Part shown: positions 25,236-39,575 of the stretch, piece after piece
Layout: the number at the start of each line of letters is the position of its first letter
Numbering within the stretch: position 1 is the first letter of the stretch
Made by a program: the position numbers and the translations under genes
DNA from: Octopus sinensis
Taxonomy: Eukaryota
Reading direction: 5' to 3'
Assembly (NCBI RefSeq): GCF_006345805.1
Contig: NC_043004.1
Span: 106,082,001-106,146,000, forward strand
DNA: 64,000 nt
The notes under the pieces: generated by a model
The model's input: only the letters and a program-made list of their open reading frames with translations
What the model was told of the DNA's origin: nothing
The model's database searches: none

Positions 25236-25501
25236 AGTGCCGCCTTGACTGGCTTCCATGCCAGTGGCATTTAAAAAGCACCAACCGATCGTGGCCAATC
25301 CCAGTATCCCCTGGTACCTGTGCTGGTGGCATGTAAAAAGCACCCACTACACTCACGGAGTGGTTGGCGTTAGGAAGGGCATCCAGCTGTAGAAACACTG
25401 TCAGATCAGACTGGGCCTGGTGCAGCCTTCTGGCTTCCCAGACCCTGGTCGAACCGTCCAACCCATGCTAGCATGGAAAGCGGACGTTAAATGATGATGA
25501 T
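25236..25501 (+). mobile_element. Family C element (RTE-tail SINE)
   Basis: CACCCACTACAC..GGAAGGGCATCCAGCTGTAGAAAC..CCATGCTAGCATGGAAAGCGGACGTTAAATGATGATG. Confidence 0.9.
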
Positions 25502-25931
25502 ATAAATGGGAATGGGACCTCTACCCTGCATCTTGTAAACTTTTGAATTATAGTCACGCCGGTATCTATATGTATGAAATGAGAACATTTTCTAGACTTT
25601 CATTCATACACTATATATATTATAGTTTACAAAATGTATGCAATTCTGTCAGTTCTAAACTCACTTAAAGATTACTCAACCTGCTAGAAATAGGAGCCAA
25701 ATTTTTCTCAAACTACACCTTAAATAAAAGAAAATATTGAATAATGTAGTCACTGATATTTAAAAACAAACAAAAAAAAAGATGGGATGGTTATAGCTGG
25801 AATGTTTTTGATCATGTTAGATTAGGGCTGACCTGGGCTAGACATCAACAACAAGAATAGTGTTTCAATTGTACTTTAAATAAGATCTATAGTACAAAAC
25901 AGAACACCTTGTCTGTATTCTTATTTCCTAC

Positions 25932-25977
<46 letters not shown>

Positions 25978-28644
25978 CCTGCACGCGTGCGCGCACACAC
26001 AACACATTCCTGTGTACTTGAAGTATAGTCAATCATCATTATGTGGTGTACTATTTCCCAGAGTTAGTAAACACCATACTCTCCCAGTCTAGCCTGTGTA
26101 CATACCCAGGCGTCACTGTCTCATGTACCCAGGGTCAGTTAATAGTATCCTGTTGTATTGTCCACAAACTGATTACAGTCTTTCCCCTGATAAATGTGTT
26201 GATCTGCTCTTTTCACCTTTATTTCCTGTTTCATTCTCACCTGCATACACATGTGAATGAAACAGTGCAACCCCTCCCCCCTTAACATCTGTCTATATGA
26301 TTATGATTGTATATGTGTGTGTGTGTGTTTGGGTAAATGTGTACCTATGAACACTTATATGTGTATGAATGTATTTACCCTCAGACATAGTAATATAAAC
26401 ATACACAATGTGTTTCTGTGCAAAACAACACTTGATGTGTGCAATCTCTTTCAGTTGATATAAGATTCTGACTAGCCATGATGGAATACCCCTAAATATA
26501 TCATCATTTTAAGGTCTCCTTTTCAATGTGGTAACTTAAGTCGGACAGAATTTGTTGAAGATTTTCTACAGCCTGATGCCCTTCTTGTCACCAACCCTTA
26601 CCATGGCAAGGGGACAATAACACACATGCACATACATATATATAAAATGGGCTTCTTTCAGTTTCTGTCTACCTTATCCACTCACAAGGCTTTGATTGAA
26701 CTGTGTCTATAGTGGAAGACACTTGTCCAAATTTCCAAGCAGTGACTCTGAACTTGGAAACTTCTTACCTAACAGTCTTCCAGACACACAGGCACACTGT
26801 GTTTTACAGTCTGGTTTCTCAAAAACTCGTGTGTGTTTGTGACAAAACAGATTATGTTGGGTTTAATATGAGCCAAGAGAAGTTAATGAATAAAGATTTT
26901 AGATTCAATAACATTTCACATAATATAAGTGAAATGAAAAACTTGAGTCAACCAAAAGTTATTTAAGCAATTAGCAGATGAAAACTCCTTTTTGGGAGGG
27001 GGTTTCGTATCTAAAAATCAACCAGCAAGGGAAATACTCTAATAAATCAGTAGATGGAAAATTTTGGTCAGTATAAGGAATGCCAAGTGAAGTGGTGACA
27101 GCAACAAACATGTTTTCACCTTATTAGACCTCCTTAGTGAAAATATTCTACTCAGTTGATAAGACTGTGATACATAAGCATTGCAAGGTTCACAGACAAC
27201 AGGTGGACCTTTGCAGTTGCCTAGTGGTATCCAAGAGATTAGAAAAGGCTTCCACGATGGTGGGGAGATAATTTAGTCAAGCATTTTGTGTCAAAATGGG
27301 AAAGAGTGGTACAATCAAGACAGAATTGGAAATGCATCGTGACCATTGGTGTATAACAACATCTGATGGAGTGGCCAATACTGTGATATATACGTGCATA
27401 TATACATATGTGTTTGTATGTATATTTCTTTAGACATCTCATGATGCATTATAGAATCTAGGTCAACACAGTACATCAGATTACTTCACTGACCACAGAA
27501 AGATAAAAGGCGCAGCAGGAGCTTCACACTCAGTGCATAAAACACACTAACTAAATACTGCAAGTCATTTTGTCTGACAACTCTGTCTCTCTCTATCAAT
27601 AGGTGTCACAACCATTGTGTGGAAAATATGTACTGTTTGTGTCTGAGTGCATGTGTATTAGGGTATTTAAGTGCATAATATGTTTCCTCTGTTGCCCAGT
27701 CTATATATTTTCCCATTTTCTACATTGTCTGATTTCTGACAATTACTTCTCTAAAATTTGCTTCATCTCATTTCTGAAACTTCTGTTATATCTGCTTTTC
27801 TTATGACACTGAAATTACCTTCTCTTTTATTGACCAGTTCCCAATTCTCATTAACTTTACTCTCATTCATTCTCTCCAGATTTTCCATCAATCATTCTTG
27901 CTGTTTGTTTAAACTGTAGATATTTTACAGAAGCTTCAAAGGGGTTGATCAGCCTGCTCAAAATAGCAACCAAATCTTCCGCATATTACTCATAGATGTG
28001 GCTGGTTTGAACGTACACTAGGTAGAATAGTTGGATTTGTTATGGCTAGTTTCTAGCAGTGAGAGCAACCACATAAAAACTCTTTAATTGGCTCTTGGTA
28101 GCTAATTTACTTTGCAATGACTCCCTTTCTAATCATTTTGGTGGATATATAAGTTACCATGTTTAAGAATCAGCTTAGTCTTATTGATTTGTGAAAAGTT
28201 ATCTAGCTGCATTGCCTCTAAAATAGCTTTAGAATTAAAATGTTTTTTCTCTTTGCTTAGTGAAAGTGTTCTTTCAAACTGCTGAGGCCAAAACAGTTTA
28301 TGCTATATTCAACTTGTGTTTCTGTAGATTGATATCTAACAAAGAAAATGTGGGCTGGAAGGAGTTGTTAGAAGGCTGAAGCTACAGGGAAATATGATTG
28401 GGCAAAGATTTTGGTACAGGATTCAGAGAACAAGGCAGTTTGGTCTGGTAAAAGGAAAGATAGGCTTGGGTGTGAGAGTGCTGCATAGCATACCAGTTCT
28501 TGAGAAGCAGGATCTGTTTGTTACAATGGTGTTAGAAGAGTTAGGGTGGATATAATACATTGATGGGTTAGTGGTTGTAGGGGTTATCGAATGAATGTTT
28601 GCAATAAGACACTGCTTTTTATTTTTTATTTTTTATTTTTTTTG

Positions 28645-29032
28645 GTTGTGTGGTAAGGAATTTGCTTTGTAAATATATAGTTTCAAGTTCAGTCCTATTG
28701 CATGGTGCTTTGGGTGTCTTTTACTAAAGCTTCAAGTTGACCAAAGTCTTGTGAGTAGATTTGGGAGATGGAAACTGAAAAAAAACTTGTATATATAACT
28801 GTGCATGTGTGTGTTTGTGTCTGTCCCCATCCGCTACCATTTGGCAACTGGAGTTAATTTGCTTTCATCCCTGAAATCTAGCAGTTCAGCAAAAGAGACT
28901 GATAAAATAATTACTAGATTTTTTTTTACAAAAAGGAAGTAAGAAATCCTGGGATCAGTTTCTTTGACTAAAACCCTTCAAGATGGTACCCCATCATGGC
29001 CATATTCCAAGTACTGAATCAAGTAAAAGATA
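28645..29032 (+). mobile_element. Old family A SINE, CpG-decayed
   Basis: Colinear with family A, with CpG positions read as TG/CA. Confidence 0.8.
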
Positions 29033-32000
29033 CATTAAATGTTGTAGTCCCTCTGTTGTGAGAAAGTGTTCTGTATTCTAGAATAGTTTTGTTATTGCAA
29101 AGAGATCTTTTTTATAAATTTGTTTCAAAGTTTTAACCTTTTTGTACTTGTCTGCAGTTTTCCCAACTGACTTCCTTTTTTCAGTTCTATCTGACATGGG
29201 GATTTGACAGCTTGTGACCCAAAATGCTGACCCTTCTTTGCATTCAAAATGTATCTGTCACAGTAAAATGCTTCCCTCCTACCCAAAGGTACAATATCAG
29301 AGGATATGTATAAGGTTTTATGTTTCAATAAGTAAGTAAAAAAAAAAATTAAAATATTCTTTGAGAACGACCCCCCCCTCCACTATTCGCTTGTAAAATC
29401 TTTGAGGAAGTGGTGAGCTTTGTGTGTGTGTGTATATATGTGTAGCAGGCATATATTCATTATATGTCCAAAGTATCTGCTATATCAGAGAAATATGATT
29501 ATTACATCTATCTCTTGAAAACAAAATAGCAGTTACCACGTAGTGGAGTCTGTTGATAAACGTCTCATCACCAACTAATCAGTTTACAAACAATTTTTCA
29601 AATATAAAAAGTGATTTTGATGATGAACAGTGTCTCAAGTAGTGAACATGTAAACTGGTAACAACAGATGGCGACAAACTAGGAATATCAGCTGGAGAGC
29701 CTCAGTCAATATCTTACTTTTGCTCAGTGCACATTCTGCTCAAATGCTTCCTCTTGAATTTCCTATGGGGAAAAATAGTTTCAGTTTCAGGAAAAAATTA
29801 AATTTGTAAACTGAGATTCCAACTAACAAAGAAAACATTTTTTCTGTTACCCCCACAATCTTTCTGCCCACCTGTTTTTTTTTTTTGTGTGTGTGTGTGA
29901 CTTGGCTCAGGTATTTTCTGCTTTGATCAGGTGTTGAATTAAGCTGTCCCAAGTCACAGACAGGTTTTCACACAGTGAAACTATTTTAGATTGATCACTA
30001 CAAACTGGGTTACTTACTGCAAGTTGTTATTTTTGTTTTTTCTGCCTATCAAAGTCTATTACAAGTTCTGAGTGGTTTCTGACTGATGTCTTATGTCTTG
30101 TAATTGGCTGTGTATTACAGATATCTCTTCAGTATCACTTTTACTCCTTAGTCAAATCAAGACAATTGGTGTAGATTAATTGTTGTTGTTTAGCCCCAGG
30201 TTAACCTTGACTGACTTATGATCAAAGTTCCAACTTTTACCTATGTGCAGAGGACCCAGATTCAAGTCCTTTTTTAAGGCATTAGGGTTTGATCTGAAGA
30301 TTTGGCTGCTATTTCTAACAGGTCAAATGACCATGTAGAGGCTCCTTTAATAAGTATGTGTTATTGTTGCCATCACTTGTATTATGTTCATTTCCATTGC
30401 TGATTTGCGTTGGATGGTTTACAATACCTCAATCTTATCACTGGTTGGGATTGTTTTCTTACCTATGAGGTCCAATGCTTTCAGCTCTGTCTTACCTACT
30501 TCTTACCTAAGTTTTCCTTGGTTTCCATATCTATAATTCTCCACCATCTGATCTTTCTACCCATTCTCTTACACTATATTCATTTACACTTCATGTCTAA
30601 ACAAGTATGTCTATCTCTCCTTCGAAAGTCAGCAATACGTTTGCTTTCCAGTTAGCTTACCTTTTCTAAAGGAAGAACAAATCTGAGTTGTCAATATACT
30701 GAGAAATATTGTTTGAATTTTAAGTAAGAAATGTTTCACTTTGTGTGAAACCAGTTTTCCAAGGTGAGCAACTGTTTGAATTGATTTTTCTATGCTTCGA
30801 ACTGGTGCTGGTGCCATGTAAAAAACATCCAATACATTCTATAAAGGAAGGGCATCCAGCTTTAGAAACCATACCAAAAATGACTACGGAACCTGGTATG
30901 GCTCCTGGTTTTGCCATCTCTTGTCAAACTGTCCAACCCATGCCAGCATGGGAAACAAGTATTAAATGAAGATGTTGATATTACAAGTGGAAAAGATGAA
31001 GTTGACATTTATGACAATTTGAAAGAATAAGACTAGTTTTTCAGAGTATTAACTTTGTAATGGATAAGAACAATTTTATCCTTTAATATTTAATTCCAAA
31101 AAAGGTTCCAAATTTGAATCAGGTCTAGGGTCATATGAACATATAGGAATAAAACATCTGAACACAATCAATGCAAATTCGTTTTTACATCATCAGGTTG
31201 CAAATGACCTCAGGTGGCTTCCTTAGCAAGCTCTGCGTGCTTGTTATGGCATTTTCATGGAAGAGTACTAAAGTGGTTTTCTCCATTGGCATACTTTGGG
31301 TACTTAAAAAAAATTTTTTTTTAATAAGTTTGCCATACTTGCCTAGGCACTCAGAATGGAAAGAGTTCAGAATAATTACTGCAAAGCATTTTGTGTGGCA
31401 CTCTAACAATTCAAGAAAATAGAGTACCAGTCCATTGCCCTCACTGATACTTTATTTTATCAACCCTAGAATGAAAGGTAATGTTGGCCTCTGTGGGATT
31501 TAGACAAAACAATAGATAACAGTTATTCAAGCTTGAATTTACTGTTTCTTGTTAGATAAAGTAATTTACCATTAATTGTTTTCTTGTTGCAAGCCATTCT
31601 TTTTTAAGATGGAAGTGTTATCTGTTTTTCCTGACTCAGTAGGATAAAACAAATATAATAATGCTCTTTGCTCTGAGACACAAATAGAAAAAATACTTTG
31701 GCCACAGCAAAGTTTGAAATCACGACAACATATTAACCTCACTGCCACCTTGATTCAGTGAAATATGATTATGTAAATAAAACCTCAAATGACAAATGTT
31801 TGTAGAAGAGAAAAATAACCAACTTCATTATTTGATGTTACTTGTGCTAAGAAGGAGTGACTCGGGAAGTTTTTTCTTCCCTCTTTTTTTTTAGCCTTTA
31901 TTATTAATAGTTTTATTGTTTTTTTTGTTTCTCAAGTGGGAATAACATTCGTATTTTTTGCATATTATGTCATCAATGGAATTATTTTTAATATTATCAT

Positions 32001-33090
32001 CATCAGTGTCACTAGATATCATTTCTTTATTAAACAATCTTTCCTTTCCCTTATATGATTAAAGTATTTAAAGTATTCAAGTAATTAACAATTTTATTTG
32101 CTCTAGCTCAGTGCCTCTCAACCTTTTGTAGCTCAGTGACCCCTTTCATTGAATGGTTTTAAAAATGCCCCCTTTCTATAGTTTATCCCACCACCACCAC
32201 TACCAGCACCAACAAACAAAGCAAAAAACCAGTCTTAATTAAAAAAAGGGGCTTATTAGTCTATTATCCATATTTTCTTCTCCTACCCTTCTCACTCATG
32301 TGCCTTTTATTTTTATAGATATTTGTGTGAACTAGTGTCCCCTTTGTTAAATTATTTAGGAAAATACTAAAGAAGATAAGGAATCATTCAGTGAAATTAT
32401 ATTGGACCTTGCTGCATCATCAGTTGTATTCCTGCTTGTTTCAAAGATGAGACAATGTTTGTCTCATTCTATTCTTGACAGCAATTTTTTAAAAACATGT
32501 TTAAAATGTTTTGTACTGGTTTAAATATGGCTAAGGAAAATCATGACCCTTCTAAATGCATAGCACCTCTTTGACCTTGTAATGCATTCCCATATTTTCA
32601 TCTGCACACAAATATGCATTCATACAGATGCATACTCATGCTCAAGCATACAGTTATACCTGCTCATATTTGTGTATATATGCTTTTGCATATGCAGGTA
32701 CTCCCTCTTCTGTTTGTCCTTCTATCTGTCTCTCAATTCACCGAAATACACTTTCTCATCCCCTCCTACCTCTCCACATTCTCTCTTCCTCTCCATCCTC
32801 TTCTCTCATATTCAACTTGGATGTTTTTTTTTTCTGCTCAACACATTACCCCTAAACCTATGACATGCTGTGTAACCAACCAACAGCCAGTTTATCTGAA
32901 CCTGCAGCCAGTTTATCTGTATCTTACTCTTGCTCCTCCACTCTCTCTCTAACTTCTATTCTCTTTCTCTCCTCTTCAGGACTAAAATATCGATAAATCT
33001 TCCCATGAATCACAGCATCAAAATACATTGTCATTCAAATGCAACAACTATTGTTACATTTATTTGTGTTTGTTTTCCCTTCTATTGCAG

Positions 33091-33136
33091 CATTACTTGA
33101 AGAGTTCTGCAATTGTGCATATGACTATTGCTACAG
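33091..33136 (+). CDS. Candidate 46-nt coding exon (HYLKSSAIVHMTIAT or xLLEEFCNCAYDYCY; frame unresolved)
   Basis: Strong pyrimidine tract and GCAG| acceptor; CAG|GTAGAT donor; two of three frames open. Confidence 0.4.
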
Positions 33137-34594
33137 GTAGATTCACTGCTGATTAACTTACTTTTCCATTCCCATCTTCCCCCCCCCCTCCTCAACCATT
33201 AAACATATCACTGGTTGCATTAATTGACATGTTTAACCAAGGCAAACAGAACAGTATGAATGGTCACTTCTATTACTACTATGGTTTTCTAATTTACCAA
33301 ACCAACCCAGTTGTATTATTAAACATTTTATTATTTTAATGGCTTTGTCAGAAGCAGAAGGGCAGCCTCTATGACCTTTGCAGAGGCCTTTGAAACTGGT
33401 GGGAGGAAAAGGTAACAAAGACCATGACTCATATGTTACTGCGTATGTGAGATCTGGTTTTTAACTCAGAGCAGAAGCTCAGTCTGAGTCCTGGTAAGCA
33501 TCAAGTTGTGGCAATAAACCAAGCAACAGATTCTGTCAACCCCCAACAATAAAATCTATCCAGTAAAAATAATTCCATTCATATATCTTGGGTCACTCTT
33601 ATATATATATAAGAATTTTATTCTTAACCCTTCAAGGATTTAGTTGAATAAAATCTACCCAATGCACACAGTTTATTCATATATCTTGGGTCGTCTCCAA
33701 ATCTGTGGTAAAAAAAATACCCAATATGCAATGCAATGGGATTGAACCAAGAACATGATGATTGTGAAGCAAACTTCTTAACCACACAGCCAGGAACACT
33801 CCCTTTGCTTTAATCTGCTCACTCTTATTTTCATAACTTGTTTTGCATTACTTATGTTTGGGTCCTTTACCAAAACATCCTTGTGTGTTCCCTTTTTTGA
33901 CCTTCTGAGTCCTGATTTTAGTACCTTAGCTGTTCCTTCAGCACTGTCTGTGATGACAGGATAGGATATATTTATAGTTTTTTCAGAATTCTGTGTTGTT
34001 CAGTAGCAGGTCAGTCCTGGGATCAAGCAGATAATTTTCTCACCAAATATTTTCTTTAGCTCCAACTTCTATTTCAGTGCTTCAGTTATGGATGGAATAT
34101 CTTAGAAAGTAAACCAATCCTTTAAAGTGCACTTGGCATTATTAAATTTGGTTGAAGATGGTTAATAGAATCAGTTGTACCACATAAAAAATACCCTGCA
34201 CTTAGGTTGCCTTATTTTTGAGTTCAAATTCTACCAGAATTGTATTTTTCTTTCATTCTTCTAATGATGATAACATAAGTAAACAGTTAAAACAGTTATA
34301 TACTGGTGTTGCTCAAATCAACTACATTTATCATTCATCATCATTGTTTTGATGTCCACTTTTTGATGCTTGAATGGGTCATACAGAATTTGAGGCAGAC
34401 TTACCATAGCTGGATGCCCTTTCTGTTGCCAACCCTAACCTGTTTCCAAGTAAGGTAATATTTCCCCATGACCAGACATGTTGAAGAATATTGGAAATGA
34501 GTGATAGACATTTACAACTATCTTGCAATGTCAAGACAAGGAAGCACAAACATATATAAATCAAAATAGATGAACATTAATGGAATTGTATCTT

Positions 34595-34984
34595 GTGGTA
34601 CCAGTGCCGGTGGCACACAAGAAAACCATCCGAACGTGGCCGTAGCCAGTACCGCACCGACTGGCCTCCGTGCTGTGGGCACGTAACAAACACCATCCGA
34701 TCGTGGCCGTTCGCCAGCCTCATCTGGCACCTGTGTCGGTGGCACATAAAAACACCATCCGAGCGTGGCCGTCTGCCAGCCTCGTCTGGCACCTGTGTCG
34801 GTGGCACATAAAATCACCCACTACACTCTCGGAGTGGTTGGCGTTAGAAGGGCATCCAGCTGTAGAAACACTGCCAGATCTGACTGGACTGGTGCAGCTT
34901 TCGGGCTCCCCAGACCCCAGTTGAACCGTCCAACCCATGCTAGCATGGAAAGCGGACGTTAAATGATGATGATGATGATGATGA

Positions 34985-34988
<4 letters not shown>
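34595..34988 (+). mobile_element. Young family C element with internal 62-bp tandem modules
   Basis: Modules start at 34691 and 34753 (related module at 34626); (GAT)n tail. Confidence 0.9.
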
Positions 34989-35024
<36 letters not shown>

Positions 35025-36127
35025 TCACACGTACACATACATACAATAAATCGTTTTTGAACTATGAAACTTGAAGTAGATAGAACTATAAATAATAGCT
35101 TGTAAATATTAGGTTGAAAAACAACCCTTGGATGGAAAAAACAACACACACACATTTACATATACATATGTACATGACAGACTCCTTTCAATTTCTCTCT
35201 GTCATATCCTCTCTCAAGGCTTTGGTTCACCCTCCTCCTTCTTTCAAAATTCACGACACTCTCCTAGTGTTATAATTCCTCGTTAGATCTGGTTGTTAAT
35301 TATAAATCAAACTCCTAAGTTTGTTACTGTTTTAATCACCATATTTATTTAATGTCTACTTCAAAATAGATTATTTTCAGCAGCTGGCAATGTATGTGTA
35401 TTTTTGTTTTGTTTTACTTTTTCATTCTTATATAATTAATTACTTTTGAAAATTCAATAATTTGTGAATATATAATTTGTATAATTAGTGTTACAGCTGA
35501 ATGCTTTTCCAATGGTTAACTACTCAGCTGTGAAGTAGGCATGGAAATTGTCTGTCATCCATATAATCAAAGGCAAATAGAGTTGTTGTTGCAGTAGCTG
35601 TGGCGCCTTTAATGAGTAGAACTATGGTCAAAGTTATTCCAGCCATGACCATCTTGTCTTACATATTCAGTATTTTCAGAAATGTTTCTGGGACTCCTAT
35701 AGAGTTGATAAAAATTAGGTAAGCTTGACCGTGTGGTTAAAAAGCTTGCTTTGCAACCACATGGGTTTGAGTTCAGTCTCACTGCATGACACCTTGGGCA
35801 AGTCCCTTCTATCATAGCCTCAAGCCGACCAGTGTCTTGTGAGTGGATTTGGTTGATGAGAACTGTGTGGAAACACATCATGTGTGTGTCTCTGCTTATC
35901 TCCTCCTCCTCTTCGCTTGACAAATGGTGTTGGTTTATGTCATCGTAACAGTGGTTTGGCAAAAAATGACCAGTAGAGTAAGTACCAGACTTAGAAATAA
36001 CTACGTTCTGGTGTCAGTTCATTCAGCTAAACCCTTCAAGAATTTAGTCCCCAGTATAATCACTCCCCAATAACTGAAACAAGTCAAAAAATGAAACACT
36101 AATACATTGTGAGGAATTGGATCAGTA

Positions 36128-36514
36128 GGAGTGGCTGTGTGGTAAGTAGCTTGCTTACAAACCAGATGATCCCAGGTTCAGACCCACTGCGTGGCACCTT
36201 GGGTGCGTGTCTCCTACTATAGCTTCAGGCCGACCAAAGCCTTGTGAGTGGATTTGGTAGATGGAAACTGAAAGAAGCCCGTCATATGTATGTATATATA
36301 TATATCTATGTTTGTGTATCTGTGTTTGTCCCCCCAACATCACTTGACAACCGATGCTGGTGTGTTTACATCCTCATAACTTAGCAGTTCGGCAAAAGAG
36401 ACTGATAGAATAAGTACTAGGCTTACAGAGAATAAGTCCTGGGATCGATTTGCTCGACTAAAGCCGGTACTCCATTATGGCCACAGTCACATGACTGAAA
36501 CAAGTAAAAGAGTA
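36128..36514 (+). mobile_element. Full-length family A SINE
   Basis: Highly similar to 83-442. An older copy lies just upstream at 35725-36090. Confidence 0.92.
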
Positions 36515-36959
36515 TACCAATGTCATGTCACTGTGGTATATGTTTTACTGATACGCATCTATATATTTCAGTATGCTAAAGTATGTATTGTCTGTATTGG
36601 TGGTTGATCAATTTTGGTCATGAATATAATTTCATCACTTACCACTATAAAATTTGCTCTTCCACCTGGCTCAGTTTTAAAGATATATTCTGTAACGGTG
36701 TTTATTTAAGCAAATTTACAATGAAGTGATATTCTGTATTTTTCCCGTTATGTAGAAAGAAAATTTCATTGTAAAGTGTGTGTTTCAATTGATGAACAAT
36801 AGTGTCATTGTTAATAAGCCTCTAATGGGCTAGTCATTGGCTCCAGTTTTCAACAAGCCGACCACTGCCATCTCTCACGGCAAGAGTCACAAGCTGTATT
36901 ACTGATATCAAAGCTGTTCCAGCTATGACCATCCACTAATTTTTTCTTTCCGAGAATTG

Positions 36960-37320
36960 TGCGTTCACATCACATGACCATACCAGTGCAGTCTTCTCTC
37001 TTGCGTACAACATCTGATACCTTTTGTGTGCAGTTTCTTTCCCTGCAAAACATTTGAACTTCCTTATTCATGCACAGCAAACAGATCATGCTTTAGCTTC
37101 ATTTCTTTCTAGTCTTCACATGTCCTTTGCATTCATCTCCCACATTTCACTACCCTGCAGCATTGCTTTTTGTGCACAAGCATCAAACAGTCTGCTTTTC
37201 CCTCTAAAAGACAGGCCTTTTGTTACCAATGGAAGTCATAAATCTTTGATCACACGTATGTCTGAATGGCTTCTACAAATATTCTGTGCATTTTCACATT
37301 TCACTAACCTGGCTTTGGTG
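36960..37320 (-). mobile_element. Decayed RTE-clade LINE fragment
   Basis: Minus-strand translation ..LPLVTKGLSFRGKSRLFDAC..MLQGSEMW..RLERNEA parallels the 56480-56640 copy. Confidence 0.75.
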
Positions 37321-39194
37321 AACCCAAGGCTGTGGTAGCCTCAAATGTCTTGCAGTGGGCTCAAAACCAGAACCAGATTGATTGCTAAGTGGAATTCTTA
37401 ACCAAACAACCATTCCTGCTCTCGTTTATTTGTTAGAAGAATTAAACAGGTATTAATAGACGAAATTAGAATGAAGAGGGAATTTGCATAAACAGAAAAT
37501 TAACTTTTTTAAAGTATTGTTCTTTGAATTTCTGATTTTCATAATTTGCTGCTGTTGTTATTTATATTCCTTTCTGTGCTTGAGAGAACGAGAGAGGGAT
37601 TGAGATGTGATGCACTTGGGATGCTGTATTATTGAGGTGACAACCTAAGTTAGAGCATCAAATAGAAAGCCTTGTAGTATTTGTTTCCGCTCTCAATGTT
37701 CTGAATTCAATTTTACCTTTACCTTCTCGGTAGACTACAGACAATGTCCACCCGATTTAGACTGTGAATTACATAAAGTCACCAGCCTAGTCCTACACGA
37801 AAGTAGAAATATTTTCAGAGCTGCTACTGTGATCGTCAAAATACTTTTAAAATAAATTTTATTGCAGCAATATTTTACTTTTGAAATACTTTGGCTAGTT
37901 TTCAGTTATAAAATAATTACTTAATGACTTTATTCACTTCTCATTAAAGATAATTAAACAAAAGTTTTGTAATAATAAAGCGGAACATCTTCCTCTCACT
38001 GGTTAATAAAACAAAAAATGCCAATCCAACCTCAGTGGTTTGACATAGATACTGAGTATTTATAATTTATCGATTGAATTATTCTAAAGTGGGCTGTATT
38101 GATCATGTTATTAACCTTATTATAATTCTCATTTAAAATACTGCCTTTGTTTCAGTTAATTTTAAAAATAATGAACAATTTTTTAGGATAACTTTGTCGT
38201 GATTAAGCTGGTGTTTGAAAAAGTAAATTAATATGAAATTTTGATGGAAGATTTTAATTTAGATCATTTTAAAACCGGAAGCTTATAACATGAAAACCAA
38301 GAGCTATGTCAAGCACTTTGGTATCAAAATGGTTAATCTCTCTCTCTCTCATTTGGTAATTTGTTGGCAAATTGTTTCAAGTGCCATGTAGTCATGAACA
38401 GATAGTCATTCTCTTCACCGTCCTACTCAGGGCTCAGAACATCCAGGATGTGGCAGCTGGAAGGAGAGAGGACAAACATCTGCACTGAGCTGGTACTCAT
38501 TTTCAGCCAAGTAGAGTGGAACTATGCAAAATGAAGAGCCTTGCTCAAGGAGACGATGTACCACCCCATCTAGGAATTGAAATGCATAAGCTTATGACCA
38601 CGAGTGCAACACTTTAACCTCTCGGCTGTACCTCATTTCAAACTATATAGGAACTTGGAAAAACATTTTAAAGCATGTCAGAATTTGCTCCAAGTGTTGT
38701 TTGATTGTTTGCAGTATTTTCATTGCTTCAGTAATTGTTTAAGGGTTTATATTTGAATAATTCAAAATTCACATTCATTTCAATCAATTCTTCTCTATAT
38801 CTGTTTTTCTATTTCAACCTAGAATTATGAAACAATCTAGTCAAGAACATGCGTATTTTCAAGATCTGCTTAACAAATTAAAAAATTTTCCTTTAATCCT
38901 TGTTAATTGGCAGAAATACCATTGTTTTCAGCCATAAACTCAAAACCATGCAACTGCCCATTTGCATCTTCCAAGGATATAAAATAAAGTTGCACCTGCT
39001 AAAACTTACTCATTGGTTCAAAGAGTTATGTTTCTAACTAAGTTGCTGCCTGCGTCATCAGTGATCAAGGAAATAAAACAAAATTTCAAATATTGATGAC
39101 TAAGTTGTTACCTGAATATTTTCCTCTGCTCCTACTTCCAGTTGTGTGACAAGTTTGAAAAATACTGAAAATTCTTGCAACCTAAGAAGAAGGG

Positions 39195-39575
39195 GTAAGT
39201 CGATTACATCGACCCCAGTGCTCAACTGGTCCTTAACTTTATCAACCCCAAAAGCATGAAAGGCAAAGTTGACTGTGGTGGTATTTGAACTCAGAACATA
39301 GAGATGGATGAAATATCACTAAGCATTTAGCCTGGCATGCTAACTATTCTTATTTCTTTACTGCTCACAAGGGGCTACACACAGAGGGGACAAACAAGGT
39401 CAAACGGATTAAGTCGATTATATCGACCCCAGTGCGCAACTGGTACTTAATTTATCGCCCCTGAAAGGATGAAAGGCAAAATTGACGTCGGCGGAATTTG
39501 AACTCAGAACATAACAGTAGACGAAATACTGTTCGGCATTTCGCTTGGCGTGCTAATGTTTCTGCCAGCTTGCTG
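39195..39575 (-). mobile_element. Two nested or tandem family B SINEs
   Basis: Two reverse-complement family B bodies; the second interrupts the head of the first at about 39350. Confidence 0.85.

Noticed and set aside
29615-29710. C-box (ATGATGA) snoRNA candidates here and at 24449 and 48063
   Set aside because: No suitably placed CTGA D-box or terminal stem.
33577-33692. 18-nt direct repeat as a TSD
   Set aside because: Similarity extends upstream and the enclosed sequence has no element features; probably an old ~98-bp tandem duplication.
34518-35155. Overlapping ORFs, and 62-bp repeats that look CRISPR-like
   Set aside because: Inside a SINE and microsatellites; units are contiguous with no unique spacers, and there are no cas genes.
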